Notes: generated by a model from the sequence alone, not told the origin. DNA of 27,978 nt from Burkholderiales bacterium (GCA_041637935.1 JBFKXV010000001.1:1-27978); one strand, 5' to 3'; positions 18,343-27,380 are shown, counted from the stretch's first letter. Translations and numbers: made by a program.

Positions 18343-19212
18343 ATGAAGAAGTCAACCATTTTTGCGGTGATACTCGGCCTCGCCTGTGCCATGGGCGCGT
18401 CGGTAGGTTCCGCACACAACACCAAGATCCAGGCCTATTGGGCGACCAGCGGCATGTTTGGCCCATTCAACATTCGCGGTCTGATCCCGGCACTGCCGGA
18501 AGATCGTGCCCGTGACATTACCATTCCGGTGCCAATGTGGATTATCAAGCACCCGAAAGGCGTTGTCGTTTTTGATACCGGTAACAACGTCGCCCTGAAT
18601 ACGGGCGGTTGCGCGTCACACTGGGGCGAAGGCAGCTGTGCGTTCCTCAAGCCCAGCCAGAAGCGCTCGGATGTGATCGACATGCAGCTGAAGAAGCTCG
18701 GCTTTTCCATCGATGACGTGGTCGCCGTGGTTACCTCTCACTCGCACCTGGATCACATCGGCAACATCGAGATGTTCCCCAACGCGCTGCACATCATCCA
18801 GAAGCAGGAGCTGTATCAGGCATGGTGGCCGGAAAAATTCCAGCGTGCTTCCGGCGCCCACATCATGGCCGACTATGATGATGCGCGTGACTTCAACTAC
18901 CTGGCACTGGAGGGTGATTACGACGTCTTTGGCGACGGTTCGATCGTTGTGCTGAGCGCTCCGGGTCATACCTTAGGCAACCAGTCGATGAAGCTCAAGT
19001 TCGCCAATGGTGATACCTTCATCATCGCGCAGGACGCGCTGTGGATGCGCGAGAACCTCGAAGGCTATCCGGCTGGCCTGAACTTCAGCGTCAAGACTTA
19101 TTTTGAAAGCGCCAACCGTCTGAAGTCCATGGCCGACCTCGAGGGCGGTGAGTTGTTCTTCGGTCACGACGAACAGCAGTGGAAGGAAAAAGGCAATCGC
19201 TGGTACAGATAA
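18343..19212 (+). CDS. Secreted/periplasmic N-acyl-homoserine-lactonase-family metallo-beta-lactamase-fold hydrolase
   Basis: GGAGG RBS, then [24 protein letters not shown] signal peptide; DTG, SHSHLDH, PGHT, QDA and FGHD metal ligands. Confidence 0.85.
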   Translation: MKKSTIFAVILGLACAMGASVGSAHNTKIQAYWATSGMFGPFNIRGLIPALPEDRARDITIPVPMWIIKHPKGVVVFDTGNNVALNTGGCASHWGEGSCAFLKPSQKRSDVIDMQLKKLGFSIDDVVAVVTSHSHLDHIGNIEMFPNALHIIQKQELYQAWWPEKFQRASGAHIMADYDDARDFNYLALEGDYDVFGDGSIVVLSAPGHTLGNQSMKLKFANGDTFIIAQDALWMRENLEGYPAGLNFSVKTYFESANRLKSMADLEGGELFFGHDEQQWKEKGNRWYR

Positions 19213-19243
19213 ACTGTAGGCGGTCACAAGCCGTAATTCAGTG

Positions 19244-19270
19244 AAAGGCCCTCCGCACGGGGGGCCTTTT
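19244..19270 (+). terminator. Intrinsic terminator after the lactonase gene
   Basis: AAAGGCCCTCC-gcac-GGGGGGCCTTTT hairpin with U tract. Confidence 0.8.
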
Positions 19271-19301
19271 CTATTCCGCGTTTTCCGTAACATCCAACAT
19301 C

Positions 19302-20255
19302 ATGTCAGCAGCTATTGAACTGCGGTCCGTGAGCAAGCGCTACGGTCCGAAGACGATCATTCACGATGTGTCTTTTTCTGTCGAATCCGGGGAGATCGTC
19401 GGCTTCCTTGGGCCCAACGGTGCCGGCAAGACGACAACCATGCGCATGATCGCCGGCTTCAGCACGCCCAGTTCCGGAACGATCAAAGTCGCCGGTCACG
19501 ACATGGTCAACGCGAATGAGCATGCGGCGGAAAAGATCGGTTACCTACCGGAGCACCCGCCACTGTATGACACGCTCGATGTCGAGCAGTACTTGCGTTT
19601 TGTCGCCAAGGTCAAAGGCGTTCCTGCGCGATCGATGGCAGACAATCTTGATCGCGTCATCACCGCCTGCCGTCTCGAGGCAGTGGTACGCCGCGAAATT
19701 TACAAACTGTCCAAAGGCTATCGACAGCGAACCGGGCTGGCGCAAGCGCTGCTGGGCAGCCCGGAAGTATTGTTGCTCGACGAGCCAACCGCCGGGCTCG
19801 ATCCGGGCCAGATCCAGGAAACCCGCGAAGTGATTTGTTCGTTCGGCGAAAAAAACGCAGTGCTGATCAGCACGCACATCCTTCCCGAAGTCACACTGAT
19901 CTGCAATCGCGTCGCCATCATTAACAACGGCAGGCTGCTGGCCATCGATTCGCCGAGCGGCCTGCAGCAGGCGTCGGAAAAGTCCAGCAGAGTAACCTTA
20001 CGTGTAGCAGGCTCCGAAAACGATGTGCGTCAGGAATTGCTCGCCATCGCCGGTGTCGAGTCAGTTGACATCAGCAGTGACGCTCAGGGAATCGCCAGTG
20101 TCGATTGCCACGTCGAAGCGCGTGAAGGCATCGAGGCGGCAATCGCAAAGGCCATGACTGCACGCTGGGACCTGTACCAACTGGAACGAGTGCATCCAAC
20201 ACTGGAGAACGTTTTCCTGCGCTACATCGGCGCACAGCAGCAGGAGGCAGCATGA
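19302..20255 (+). CDS. ABC-2/GldA-like ATP-binding protein
   Basis: GPNGAGKTT, GYLPEHPPLY, LSKGYRQR signature, LLDEPTAGLDP and STH. Confidence 0.92.
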   Translation: MSAAIELRSVSKRYGPKTIIHDVSFSVESGEIVGFLGPNGAGKTTTMRMIAGFSTPSSGTIKVAGHDMVNANEHAAEKIGYLPEHPPLYDTLDVEQYLRFVAKVKGVPARSMADNLDRVITACRLEAVVRREIYKLSKGYRQRTGLAQALLGSPEVLLLDEPTAGLDPGQIQETREVICSFGEKNAVLISTHILPEVTLICNRVAIINNGRLLAIDSPSGLQQASEKSSRVTLRVAGSENDVRQELLAIAGVESVDISSDAQGIASVDCHVEAREGIEAAIAKAMTARWDLYQLERVHPTLENVFLRYIGAQQQEAA

Positions 20256-20959
20256 ATCGCGTTATGGCGCTGTACGTAAAGGAGCTGTTCACCTACTTCC
20301 GTTCGCCAATCGCCTACTTCGTAGTCGCTGTTTTCCTGCTCGGCACCGGCTACTTCTTTCTGTATGAGGTTTTCCTGACCGGCACGGCGAGCATGAACGA
20401 GCCGTTCAAGAACATGGGTGTGCTGCTCTTGATTGTTGCTCCGATCATCACCATGCGCCAGTTTTCCTCTGAGTACACCGGGCGCACGATGGAACTGCTC
20501 AGTACACTGCCATTGCGTCCATGGCAGATTGTTCTCGGAAAATATTTGGGCGCAGTCACCATTCTCTTGCTCATGACATTGGGCACGGCGGTCAATCTCA
20601 TTCCGCTCTATCTGTACGGCTCGCCGGAAACGACAAATATTATCGCCGGCTACATCGGTTTTCTGTTGCTCGGCATGGCGTGTCTGGCGATTGGTCAGTT
20701 TTTCTCGGCGTTAACACACAACCAGGTGATCGCTGCGCTGATCACATTTCCGATTCTGCTCGCATTCTGGTTCGTCGGGCACCTGTACAGTTTTCAGTCG
20801 GCGGTGATCCTGCAAACGTTGTTCGGCTACCTTTCTTTCTCCCTTCACTTCGGGGATTTCATTGCCGGACTGATCCGCAGCGAGGCGGTCGTCTTTTATC
20901 TGGTTGTCACCGCGATCGCGTTGACCCTCAACGCCAGTTATCTGCAATGGCGCAGATGA
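20252..20959 (+). CDS. ABC-2/GldF-like permease
   Basis: KELFTYFRSPIAY, PIITMR, ELLSTLPL...IVLGKY and THNQVIAA; ATGA overlap with the ATPase. Confidence 0.9.
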   Translation: MNRVMALYVKELFTYFRSPIAYFVVAVFLLGTGYFFLYEVFLTGTASMNEPFKNMGVLLLIVAPIITMRQFSSEYTGRTMELLSTLPLRPWQIVLGKYLGAVTILLLMTLGTAVNLIPLYLYGSPETTNIIAGYIGFLLLGMACLAIGQFFSALTHNQVIAALITFPILLAFWFVGHLYSFQSAVILQTLFGYLSFSLHFGDFIAGLIRSEAVVFYLVVTAIALTLNASYLQWRR

Positions 20960-21026
20960 AAACCGGCGCAGATGAAAACCGGCGTAGATGAAAACCGGCG
21001 TAGATGAAAACCGGCGTAGATGAAAA
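20949..21026 (+). repeat. 16-bp tandem repeat x~4.9 (GGCGYAGATGAAAACC) spanning the permease stop and GldG start
   Basis: Units at 20949, 20965, 20981, 20997 and 21013; each contains ATGA. Confidence 0.95.
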
Positions 21027-22722
21027 TAGCGTAAAAGTGAATAGCCAGGATGAAATCAGCAGTGATAAAAATCGCTTCGAAAATGAAGCAGCTTCGGTAA
21101 CCATGGAACATTCATTTCGTTCGTTCTTGATCCTACTGGCCGGGCTGGCCTGCGTGGTCACCGCCATCGCGCTGGATGCGATCATCCTTGAAGGCGGTGT
21201 CTGGAATTTGCTGCTGGCAGCACTCGGCCTGGGATTAACCGGGGTCGGGCTTTACCAACTGCGTACCGAGCTGGCTAGTTTGGTACAACAGCGCCGGGGC
21301 GAGATTGCCCTGTTCACGATTGGCGTAATCGGCATTCTTGTGGTCATCGCATACTTTTCCACCCGCTATACTGTTCGCTTCGATCTGTCGGAGGCGAAAC
21401 TGCACTCACTGTCCGATCAGACCGTAACCATGCTGCAGAGGCTCGACAACCCGGTAGAGATCACCTTCTTTCATGATTCGGGAATGCGTGAAACGATTGA
21501 ACGCTATGAACTGATCGCCGCACAAACAGACAAGGTCACCGTCGAATTCTTTGATCCGATGGTGAATCCAGCTCAGGCACGCATGCGCGGTGTGCAGTTT
21601 CCGGGCACCGCGATCCTCAAAAGCGGTGATCGGGAAATGCAGGTCCATGGACCAGAGGAAACCGACATTGCTAACGCGGTTCTGCGCATCTCGCTCGGGA
21701 TGCAGCAGACAGCGTGCTTTCTTGACGGACATGGTGAAGCCGACCCATTCAGCATGGAGTCGCACGATCACCTCGAAGGTGCCGCCGGCCATTCGCACGG
21801 CGCGGGTACCAAGATCGTCGTTCACGAAACACACGGCATGGCAAAAGCCAGGCACGGCCTCGAGGCAATGAACTACGTGGTCGAGAAAACGGGATTGATG
21901 CGCAGCGACAAGTCTCTGTCGCATTGTGCGGTGCTTGTCATCGCGGGACCAAAAACAGCGTTGTTAGCCGAAGAAATCGAATCGGTCAGGAACTATCTCG
22001 ACCAAGGCGGCAATGTCTTTTTCATGCTGGATCCGTTCGTCGAAACCGGTCTGGAACCGGTCGTCAGCCAGTATGGCATCGTCGTAGACGACAACATCGT
22101 GCTCGATGAGCTGAGTCATTTCTGGGCGGATCCGTCTTCGCCGGCAGTAACCCAATACAATCGCCATCAGATCACGCGCGGCCTTCCGCTCACTTTTTTC
22201 CCCGGCGTGCGTTCATTGTCGCCAACGGCCACAAGAGTTCCCGGCACTTCGGTGGTACCGCTGATCAATACGTCGCGAAAGAGCTTTGGCGAAAGCAATC
22301 GGGATGAGGTTCGTTTCGAAGAGGGTGCCGATATGCCGGGACCGCTGACGGTGATGGTGGCATCGGCGCTGCGACCGGAACGGGTCGCGGAGGAGGCAGC
22401 GATGCTAGACGGACAGAACGAAAGCGAGCTCCCGTCGCCGGTCATCGAAGGCAAAGTCAAATCACGCATTGTGGTAATCGGGGATTCCGACTTCGCTACC
22501 AATTCATTCTTCCACATCCTCGGTAACGGTAATCTGTTTCTGAATACAGTCAACTATCTTGCGGAACAGGAAAACCTGATTGGCGTCGAGCCCCGCACCT
22601 ATGACCCGCCGCGGGTCAACCTGACCAACCGCCAGATGAAAGGCACCTTCCTGCTCTCGGTGGTGTTGATTCCCGCATTGCTCGCCATCATCGGTTTCGC
22701 CGTTTGGTGGAGACAGCGTTGA
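21004..22722 (+). CDS. GldG-like ABC transporter auxiliary membrane/periplasmic protein
   Basis: N-terminal TM helices, RFDLSE, CFLDGHGE, LVIAGPK, SRIVVIGDSDF, LFLNTVNYL and a C-terminal TM helix. Start ambiguous (21004, GTG 21037 or ATG 21103). Confidence 0.85.
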   Translation: MKTGVDENSVKVNSQDEISSDKNRFENEAASVTMEHSFRSFLILLAGLACVVTAIALDAIILEGGVWNLLLAALGLGLTGVGLYQLRTELASLVQQRRGEIALFTIGVIGILVVIAYFSTRYTVRFDLSEAKLHSLSDQTVTMLQRLDNPVEITFFHDSGMRETIERYELIAAQTDKVTVEFFDPMVNPAQARMRGVQFPGTAILKSGDREMQVHGPEETDIANAVLRISLGMQQTACFLDGHGEADPFSMESHDHLEGAAGHSHGAGTKIVVHETHGMAKARHGLEAMNYVVEKTGLMRSDKSLSHCAVLVIAGPKTALLAEEIESVRNYLDQGGNVFFMLDPFVETGLEPVVSQYGIVVDDNIVLDELSHFWADPSSPAVTQYNRHQITRGLPLTFFPGVRSLSPTATRVPGTSVVPLINTSRKSFGESNRDEVRFEEGADMPGPLTVMVASALRPERVAEEAAMLDGQNESELPSPVIEGKVKSRIVVIGDSDFATNSFFHILGNGNLFLNTVNYLAEQENLIGVEPRTYDPPRVNLTNRQMKGTFLLSVVLIPALLAIIGFAVWWRQR

Positions 22723-23321
22723 GCGCAACGAGGCACGGCCGTTCCAGGATCATCTGGAGTGTCCTGGCGGTGTTAGTCTTCATCGTCGCGGTGCTGGAAA
22801 TCCGTGATCGCTCATCGCGCCCTGAGGCCGAGGAGCCAACAGGTCCGAGCATGCTGATGCCGGCGCCAATGGAAGAGATCGGTGTAATCGAGATCGCTGT
22901 CGCTGGCAATTTGCACCGCTTCTCGCGCGATGAAAACAACGCATGGTTCTATCACGGCATTCATGCCGGTCCGCAAGCGGCACACGAGCATGTGCCCGAT
23001 CCGGTGATGTCCGAGAAAATCGCGAAATTCCTCGCCGGATTGGGACGCGCACGCATCGAACGGCGTTTCGAGTTGACCGATGACGACCCGTTCGGCGTCA
23101 CCAAACCGGAAATGATCATCATGGTGTACGTCTCGGACCTGGTGAAACCGACCATGCGCTATTCGGTTGGGGATTTGGCCCCGGATGAACTCAGCCGTTA
23201 TGTGCACATCGTCGGCGGATCGGAGGTTGTCTCAATCCCCGACTACCAGATTCGCAACCTTCTTGACTTGCTAAAGACCGTCACCGCTGAACCACTCCAG
23301 GCGCCCGCGCCGGCAGGCTGA
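22719..23321 (+). CDS. DUF4340-like membrane-anchored periplasmic protein
   Basis: TTG overlapping the GldG stop (TTGA) with GGAG RBS; single N-terminal TM helix; FGVTKP motif; typical fourth gene of Gld-like ABC operons. Confidence 0.65.
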   Translation: MSATRHGRSRIIWSVLAVLVFIVAVLEIRDRSSRPEAEEPTGPSMLMPAPMEEIGVIEIAVAGNLHRFSRDENNAWFYHGIHAGPQAAHEHVPDPVMSEKIAKFLAGLGRARIERRFELTDDDPFGVTKPEMIIMVYVSDLVKPTMRYSVGDLAPDELSRYVHIVGGSEVVSIPDYQIRNLLDLLKTVTAEPLQAPAPAG

Positions 23322-23372
23322 GATGTCTGCCCTGCTTGCGACACGGGCGCGCCAGAGCCAGGCAATTCCCGA

Positions 23373-24047
23373 CTAAATCAATCCGCGCTCGGCAAACGAC
23401 ATCATGCCGCCGTGGCCAACGACGAAGTGATCGAGCACACGCACGTCGACCAGCGCGAGGGCTTGTTTCAACGCCTGGGTCAGGCTTTCGTCCGCTCGGC
23501 TCGGCTCGGCCACACCCGACGGATGGTTGTGGGCAAAGATGACCGACGCCGCGTTATGTCTCAACGCCTGCTTGACTACTTCACGCGGATAGACGCTGGT
23601 CTGCGTGAGCGTGCCGGAGAACAGTTCCTGGGCGGCAATAAGCCGGTTCTGCGCATCGAGAAACAGCCCGGTGAAGACTTCGACCGGCCGGTGTTCCAGC
23701 AACAGGCGCAGATATCGCCTGACCGCTTCGGGAGAACTGAGATTGTCCGAGCCGCGCATTTCCTGCGTCAGTGCGCGGCGCGCCAATTCAACCGCCGCTT
23801 GCAGCTGTATGTACTTTGCGTCTCCGAGCCCGTCGATGGCGGTAAATTCCGATCTCTCGGCTGCGGCAATCGCACCCACCGAACCGAAACGTTTGAGCAG
23901 CTCACGTCCGAGATCGACTGCGCTTTTGCCCTTGACGCCGGTGCGTAGAAATATCGCTACCAGTTCGGCATCCGCCAATGCCGCCGCCCCCCTGTTGAGT
24001 AGTTTCTCACGCGGCCGCTCGTCCGCCGGCAAATCCCGCAGCGCCAT
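23373..24047 (-). CDS. radC: RadC family JAB-domain protein
   Basis: [32 protein letters not shown] and VLDH motifs. Confidence 0.96.
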   Translation of the reverse strand: MALRDLPADERPREKLLNRGAAALADAELVAIFLRTGVKGKSAVDLGRELLKRFGSVGAIAAAERSEFTAIDGLGDAKYIQLQAAVELARRALTQEMRGSDNLSSPEAVRRYLRLLLEHRPVEVFTGLFLDAQNRLIAAQELFSGTLTQTSVYPREVVKQALRHNAASVIFAHNHPSGVAEPSRADESLTQALKQALALVDVRVLDHFVVGHGGMMSFAERGLI

Positions 24048-24130
24048 TGTATCCTCCCGTTATTTGGTGCTTTCCCCCTATGCAACAAGAGTTTACACTT
24101 CACACCTGTCAGTTTGTAACAGCCGGAAAA

Positions 24131-25345
24131 ATGACCGAACTTGCTGAAAAACGGATTCTCTTGGGGCTGACCGGCGGGATCGCCGCTTACAAGGCCGCCG
24201 ACCTGGCGCGCGGACTCATCAAGCAGGGGGCCGATGTGCAGGCGGTCATGACCGACGCCGCCTGCCGCTTCATATCGCCGACGACGCTGCAGGCCCTGAC
24301 CGGCAAGCCGGTTTACACCAGCATGTGGGATGACAGCGTGAGCAACGGCATGCCGCATATCGAGTTGTCGCGCGATCGCGATCTGATCGTGGTCGCGCCG
24401 GCCACCGCCGACTTCATGGCAAAACTGGTACACGGTGCGGCCGATGATCTGCTGGCAACACTGTGCATCGCCCGCGAGTGCCCGCTGATGGTGGCACCCG
24501 CCATGAACCGGCAGATGTGGGAAAACCCCGCCACGCGGCGCAACGTCAAACAACTCCGCGCCGACGGCGTCATCATCGAGGGTCCGGCCAGTGGCGATCA
24601 GGCCTGTGGCGAAAACGGCATGGGGCGAATGTCCGAGCCGGAGCAGATCGTCGACTCCATCGTTACCTGGTTCCAGCCGAAATTGCTTGCCGGCGCCCGT
24701 ATCGTGGTGACCGCCGGGCCCACCTACGAGCCGATCGATGCGGTACGTGGTATCACCAATCTCAGTTCGGGACGCATGGGTTATGCAGTTGCGCGCGCCG
24801 CGCATGAGGCGGGGGCACAGGTGACCTTGATTTCTGGCAGAACCGGACTGCAGTCACCCGCCAACGTTTCGGTGGTCGACGTCATTACTGCCCAGCAAAT
24901 GCACGACGCGGTGATGGCGCACCTGCCTGATTGCGACATCCTGATCGCCGTCGCGGCAGTTGCAGATTATCGGGTCAGAAACCGACAAGAACACAAGATC
25001 AAGAAGCAGGCCGGCGCCGGCCTGACGTTGGAGCTGGAACCGAACCCCGATATCCTTGAATCGGTTGCGGCACGCAAAGATGCGCCTTTCTGCGTCGGCT
25101 TCTCCGCCGAAAGCCAGAACGTCGAGTCGCATGCCGCGGAAAAACGCCGGCGCAAAAAGATTCCACTGATCGCCGCCAATCTGGTACAGGACGCCTTTGG
25201 CAGCGAACAGAACGAGCTTATTCTCATCGACGACGAGGGCACGCATCGCCTGCCGCGCAGTTCCAAACTGGATCAGGCGCGCGGCCTGATCCGGCACATC
25301 ACGCGGCTGTACAAGCCGGCTCGAAAATCGGTAACGACCCCCTGA
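24131..25345 (+). CDS. coaBC: Bifunctional phosphopantothenoylcysteine decarboxylase/synthetase
   Basis: LTGGIAAYKA, HIELSR, PAMNRQMW, ACGENGMGRM, VTAGPTYEPID and NLSSGRMG; start reassigned to ATG 24131. Confidence 0.96.
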   Translation: MTELAEKRILLGLTGGIAAYKAADLARGLIKQGADVQAVMTDAACRFISPTTLQALTGKPVYTSMWDDSVSNGMPHIELSRDRDLIVVAPATADFMAKLVHGAADDLLATLCIARECPLMVAPAMNRQMWENPATRRNVKQLRADGVIIEGPASGDQACGENGMGRMSEPEQIVDSIVTWFQPKLLAGARIVVTAGPTYEPIDAVRGITNLSSGRMGYAVARAAHEAGAQVTLISGRTGLQSPANVSVVDVITAQQMHDAVMAHLPDCDILIAVAAVADYRVRNRQEHKIKKQAGAGLTLELEPNPDILESVAARKDAPFCVGFSAESQNVESHAAEKRRRKKIPLIAANLVQDAFGSEQNELILIDDEGTHRLPRSSKLDQARGLIRHITRLYKPARKSVTTP

Positions 25346-25369
25346 CAAACCAACGATCGTTCGAGAGAT

Positions 25370-25819
25370 ATGACGCAAATCGATGTGCGGATACTCGATC
25401 CGCGCCTGAAGGCAAACATGCCGCAGTACGCCACAGCAGGTTCAGCCGGATTGGATCTGAGAGCCTGCATCGACGATGTCATCTCGATCAGGCCCGGTGA
25501 GACGACGCTGGTGCCGGGTGGGATTGCAATTCACATCGCCGATCCCGGCCTGGCTGCGGTGATCTTGCCGCGTTCCGGTCTCGGTCATAAACACGGTATC
25601 GTGCTTGGCAACCTGGTCGGCTTAATCGATTCGGACTACCAGGGCCAGATTTTCGTCTCGGTCTGGAATCGTGGCAACCAAGCATTCGAGCTCAAACCGC
25701 TGGAAAGAATTGCGCAACTTGTCGTTGTGCCTGTGGTTCAGGTCTCGCTCAATGTAGTAGACACGTTCGACGAGAGCGAACGCGGTGCAGGCGGATTCGG
25801 CAGCACCGGCAAAACCTAA
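25370..25819 (+). CDS. dut: dUTP diphosphatase
   Basis: [22 protein letters not shown] and [10 protein letters not shown] motifs. Confidence 0.98.
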   Translation: MTQIDVRILDPRLKANMPQYATAGSAGLDLRACIDDVISIRPGETTLVPGGIAIHIADPGLAAVILPRSGLGHKHGIVLGNLVGLIDSDYQGQIFVSVWNRGNQAFELKPLERIAQLVVVPVVQVSLNVVDTFDESERGAGGFGSTGKT

Positions 25820-25846
25820 ACCCGGCGTCGCGGTCCAGGCGAACAG

Positions 25847-25870
25847 AAAAAGGCCGGCATGTGCCGGCCT
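25847..25870 (-). terminator. Intrinsic terminator for the cytochrome c gene (convergent with dut)
   Basis: AGGCCGGCA-tg-TGCCGGCCT inverted repeat with an A run at 25847-25851, which is a U tract on the minus strand. Confidence 0.75.
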
Positions 25871-25921
25871 TCGGATTGCGGGTGACCCGCCCTCAGGCAG
25901 GCAAGACTGTTTCCTAAAGCA

Positions 25922-26413
25922 CTATTCCGGAAACACCAACTGTTGATTCGACTCGTCCTTGGCTGGATCGGGTATTTCCCCGGCAGCAATGCGGCGTTTC
26001 TCCTCCCAACGCATGAAAGTCAGCACGGCGAGTATTTCCTCGGCGGTCATCGTCGTACCGAACGCGCCCATGGTTCCGCCGAGTGAGCGATTCGGCAGGC
26101 CGCCGGCGATGACCCCATAGATCTCGGCGTTGGTATTACCGACGTAGGCGAACTTGCCGCAACTCAGGCATGGTCCCTTACCGCCATGGCCGTCACCGCC
26201 ATGGCAGAACGAGCAGCGCTGCGCATACTTGGCGCGGCCGAATTCGACTACCTTCATGTCGTTGGTCGGCACCTCCAGGTCGGACTCATTCGCCTTGTGC
26301 TGCGCCATTGCCGGTGTTGAGAGCAGCACACCCGTCATCAGGCCAACGGTCAAAACCGCCAGTGCGTAACCGGCCGCGCGAGCAACCGCCGTCTTAATCA
26401 AGTTGTCTAACAT
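25922..26413 (-). CDS. Periplasmic monoheme c-type cytochrome (probable electron acceptor of the PQQ dehydrogenase)
   Basis: Signal peptide ending PAMA, CSFCH heme motif and a distal Met candidate in GTMGAF. Confidence 0.88.
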   Translation of the reverse strand: MLDNLIKTAVARAAGYALAVLTVGLMTGVLLSTPAMAQHKANESDLEVPTNDMKVVEFGRAKYAQRCSFCHGGDGHGGKGPCLSCGKFAYVGNTNAEIYGVIAGGLPNRSLGGTMGAFGTTMTAEEILAVLTFMRWEEKRRIAAGEIPDPAKDESNQQLVFPE

Positions 26414-26436
26414 CTTTACGTTCCTCCACTCAATGC

Positions 26437-27279
26437 TTACGACGCGAAAGGCGGGTAAAACGGCACGCCGTAGCTTTCCACGATTTCCTTGATCTTGCCA
26501 TTATCGAGCAACTCCCGAATACCTTCGTTGATGAACTTCATCAACGACTTGTCGCGCTTCCGTACCAGATAATTGAGGTCCCATTGCTGGCCTTCCACGG
26601 GAACATAGTCTTTGGCCATTCGGAAAGTGGCTTCCGGGAATTTACGCTGGGCATTGGTCAGAACCGTCGCCCACACCAGCGCCGCATCGATCTCGCCTCT
26701 GGCCATTCCGCGCATGACACGCGGATTGTCGGGGTATAGCTCGCGCGCGGTGCCTTTCTCGTGAAGATACGCGTCGATCGGCGTCGACATTTGCACGCCT
26801 ATCTTCATTCCCGCCGCAGAAATCTCCTCGAGGGTCGTCATGTCAGCGGCCTTGTTCTGCACCACCAGGATATAGCCCATCCCCAGATAGGGATCGGTAA
26901 ATGCCAGCTGGCCCATCAGAATATCGTCATCACCGCTATCGGAGACACCGGCAAAAACGTCGCAGCGGCCCTTCATCATGGAATTACGCAAGGCACGCGA
27001 CATGCCGCCACGTGTGCCGGTATCGGCCCAATACATCTCCAGCTCCATACCGCCTCGCTTGGCGATTGCCTGCAGGATTTCAACATCGAAACCCGGTGGA
27101 TTTGCGTTGCGGGATGCATAGGGAAAGCCGTACGGATCAGCGCACGCAATCAACTTACCTTTTGCTTTCGATCTTTCCAGTACGTCGGCAGACTCCGACG
27201 CATCCTGTGCCTGGACCGCGGCGCTCGCAAAAAAAGCCATTGCTGCCGCCAGCCCGATTACCAAACGTTGCTTACTCAA
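26437..27279 (-). CDS. MxaJ/XoxJ-like periplasmic substrate-binding-fold protein
   Basis: TTG start after AGGAG; signal peptide; LIACADP...FP, GFDVEI, RCDV, FTDPY and AALVW, resembling the family-3 SBP/MoxJ type; adjacent to PQQ dehydrogenase and cytochrome c. Confidence 0.8.
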   Translation of the reverse strand: MSKQRLVIGLAAAMAFFASAAVQAQDASESADVLERSKAKGKLIACADPYGFPYASRNANPPGFDVEILQAIAKRGGMELEMYWADTGTRGGMSRALRNSMMKGRCDVFAGVSDSGDDDILMGQLAFTDPYLGMGYILVVQNKAADMTTLEEISAAGMKIGVQMSTPIDAYLHEKGTARELYPDNPRVMRGMARGEIDAALVWATVLTNAQRKFPEATFRMAKDYVPVEGQQWDLNYLVRKRDKSLMKFINEGIRELLDNGKIKEIVESYGVPFYPPFAS

Positions 27280-27380
27280 GATTCTCTCCTCAGGCGCGTT
27301 ATTTAGTTTCCGTTGGTCTAATGATCCCCAAACGCGCGCCAAGTTCCTCTGGATGACAGCAGCGGAGCACTGCTACACAC

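Noticed and set aside
17943-18425. Apparent 161-aa N-terminal extension of L28 in the ORF track
   Set aside because: The canonical L28 begins at MSRVCQ (17942), and a good sigma70 promoter lies inside the supposed extension.
7057-21026. Tandem arrays as CRISPR remnants
   Set aside because: Units are contiguous 16-mers without 25-40-nt unique spacers, and there are no cas genes.
23373-24047. radC as a marker of a mobile or anti-restriction island
   Set aside because: Full-length chromosomal type in its canonical position divergent from coaBC-dut, not the short JAB-only form found on mobile elements.
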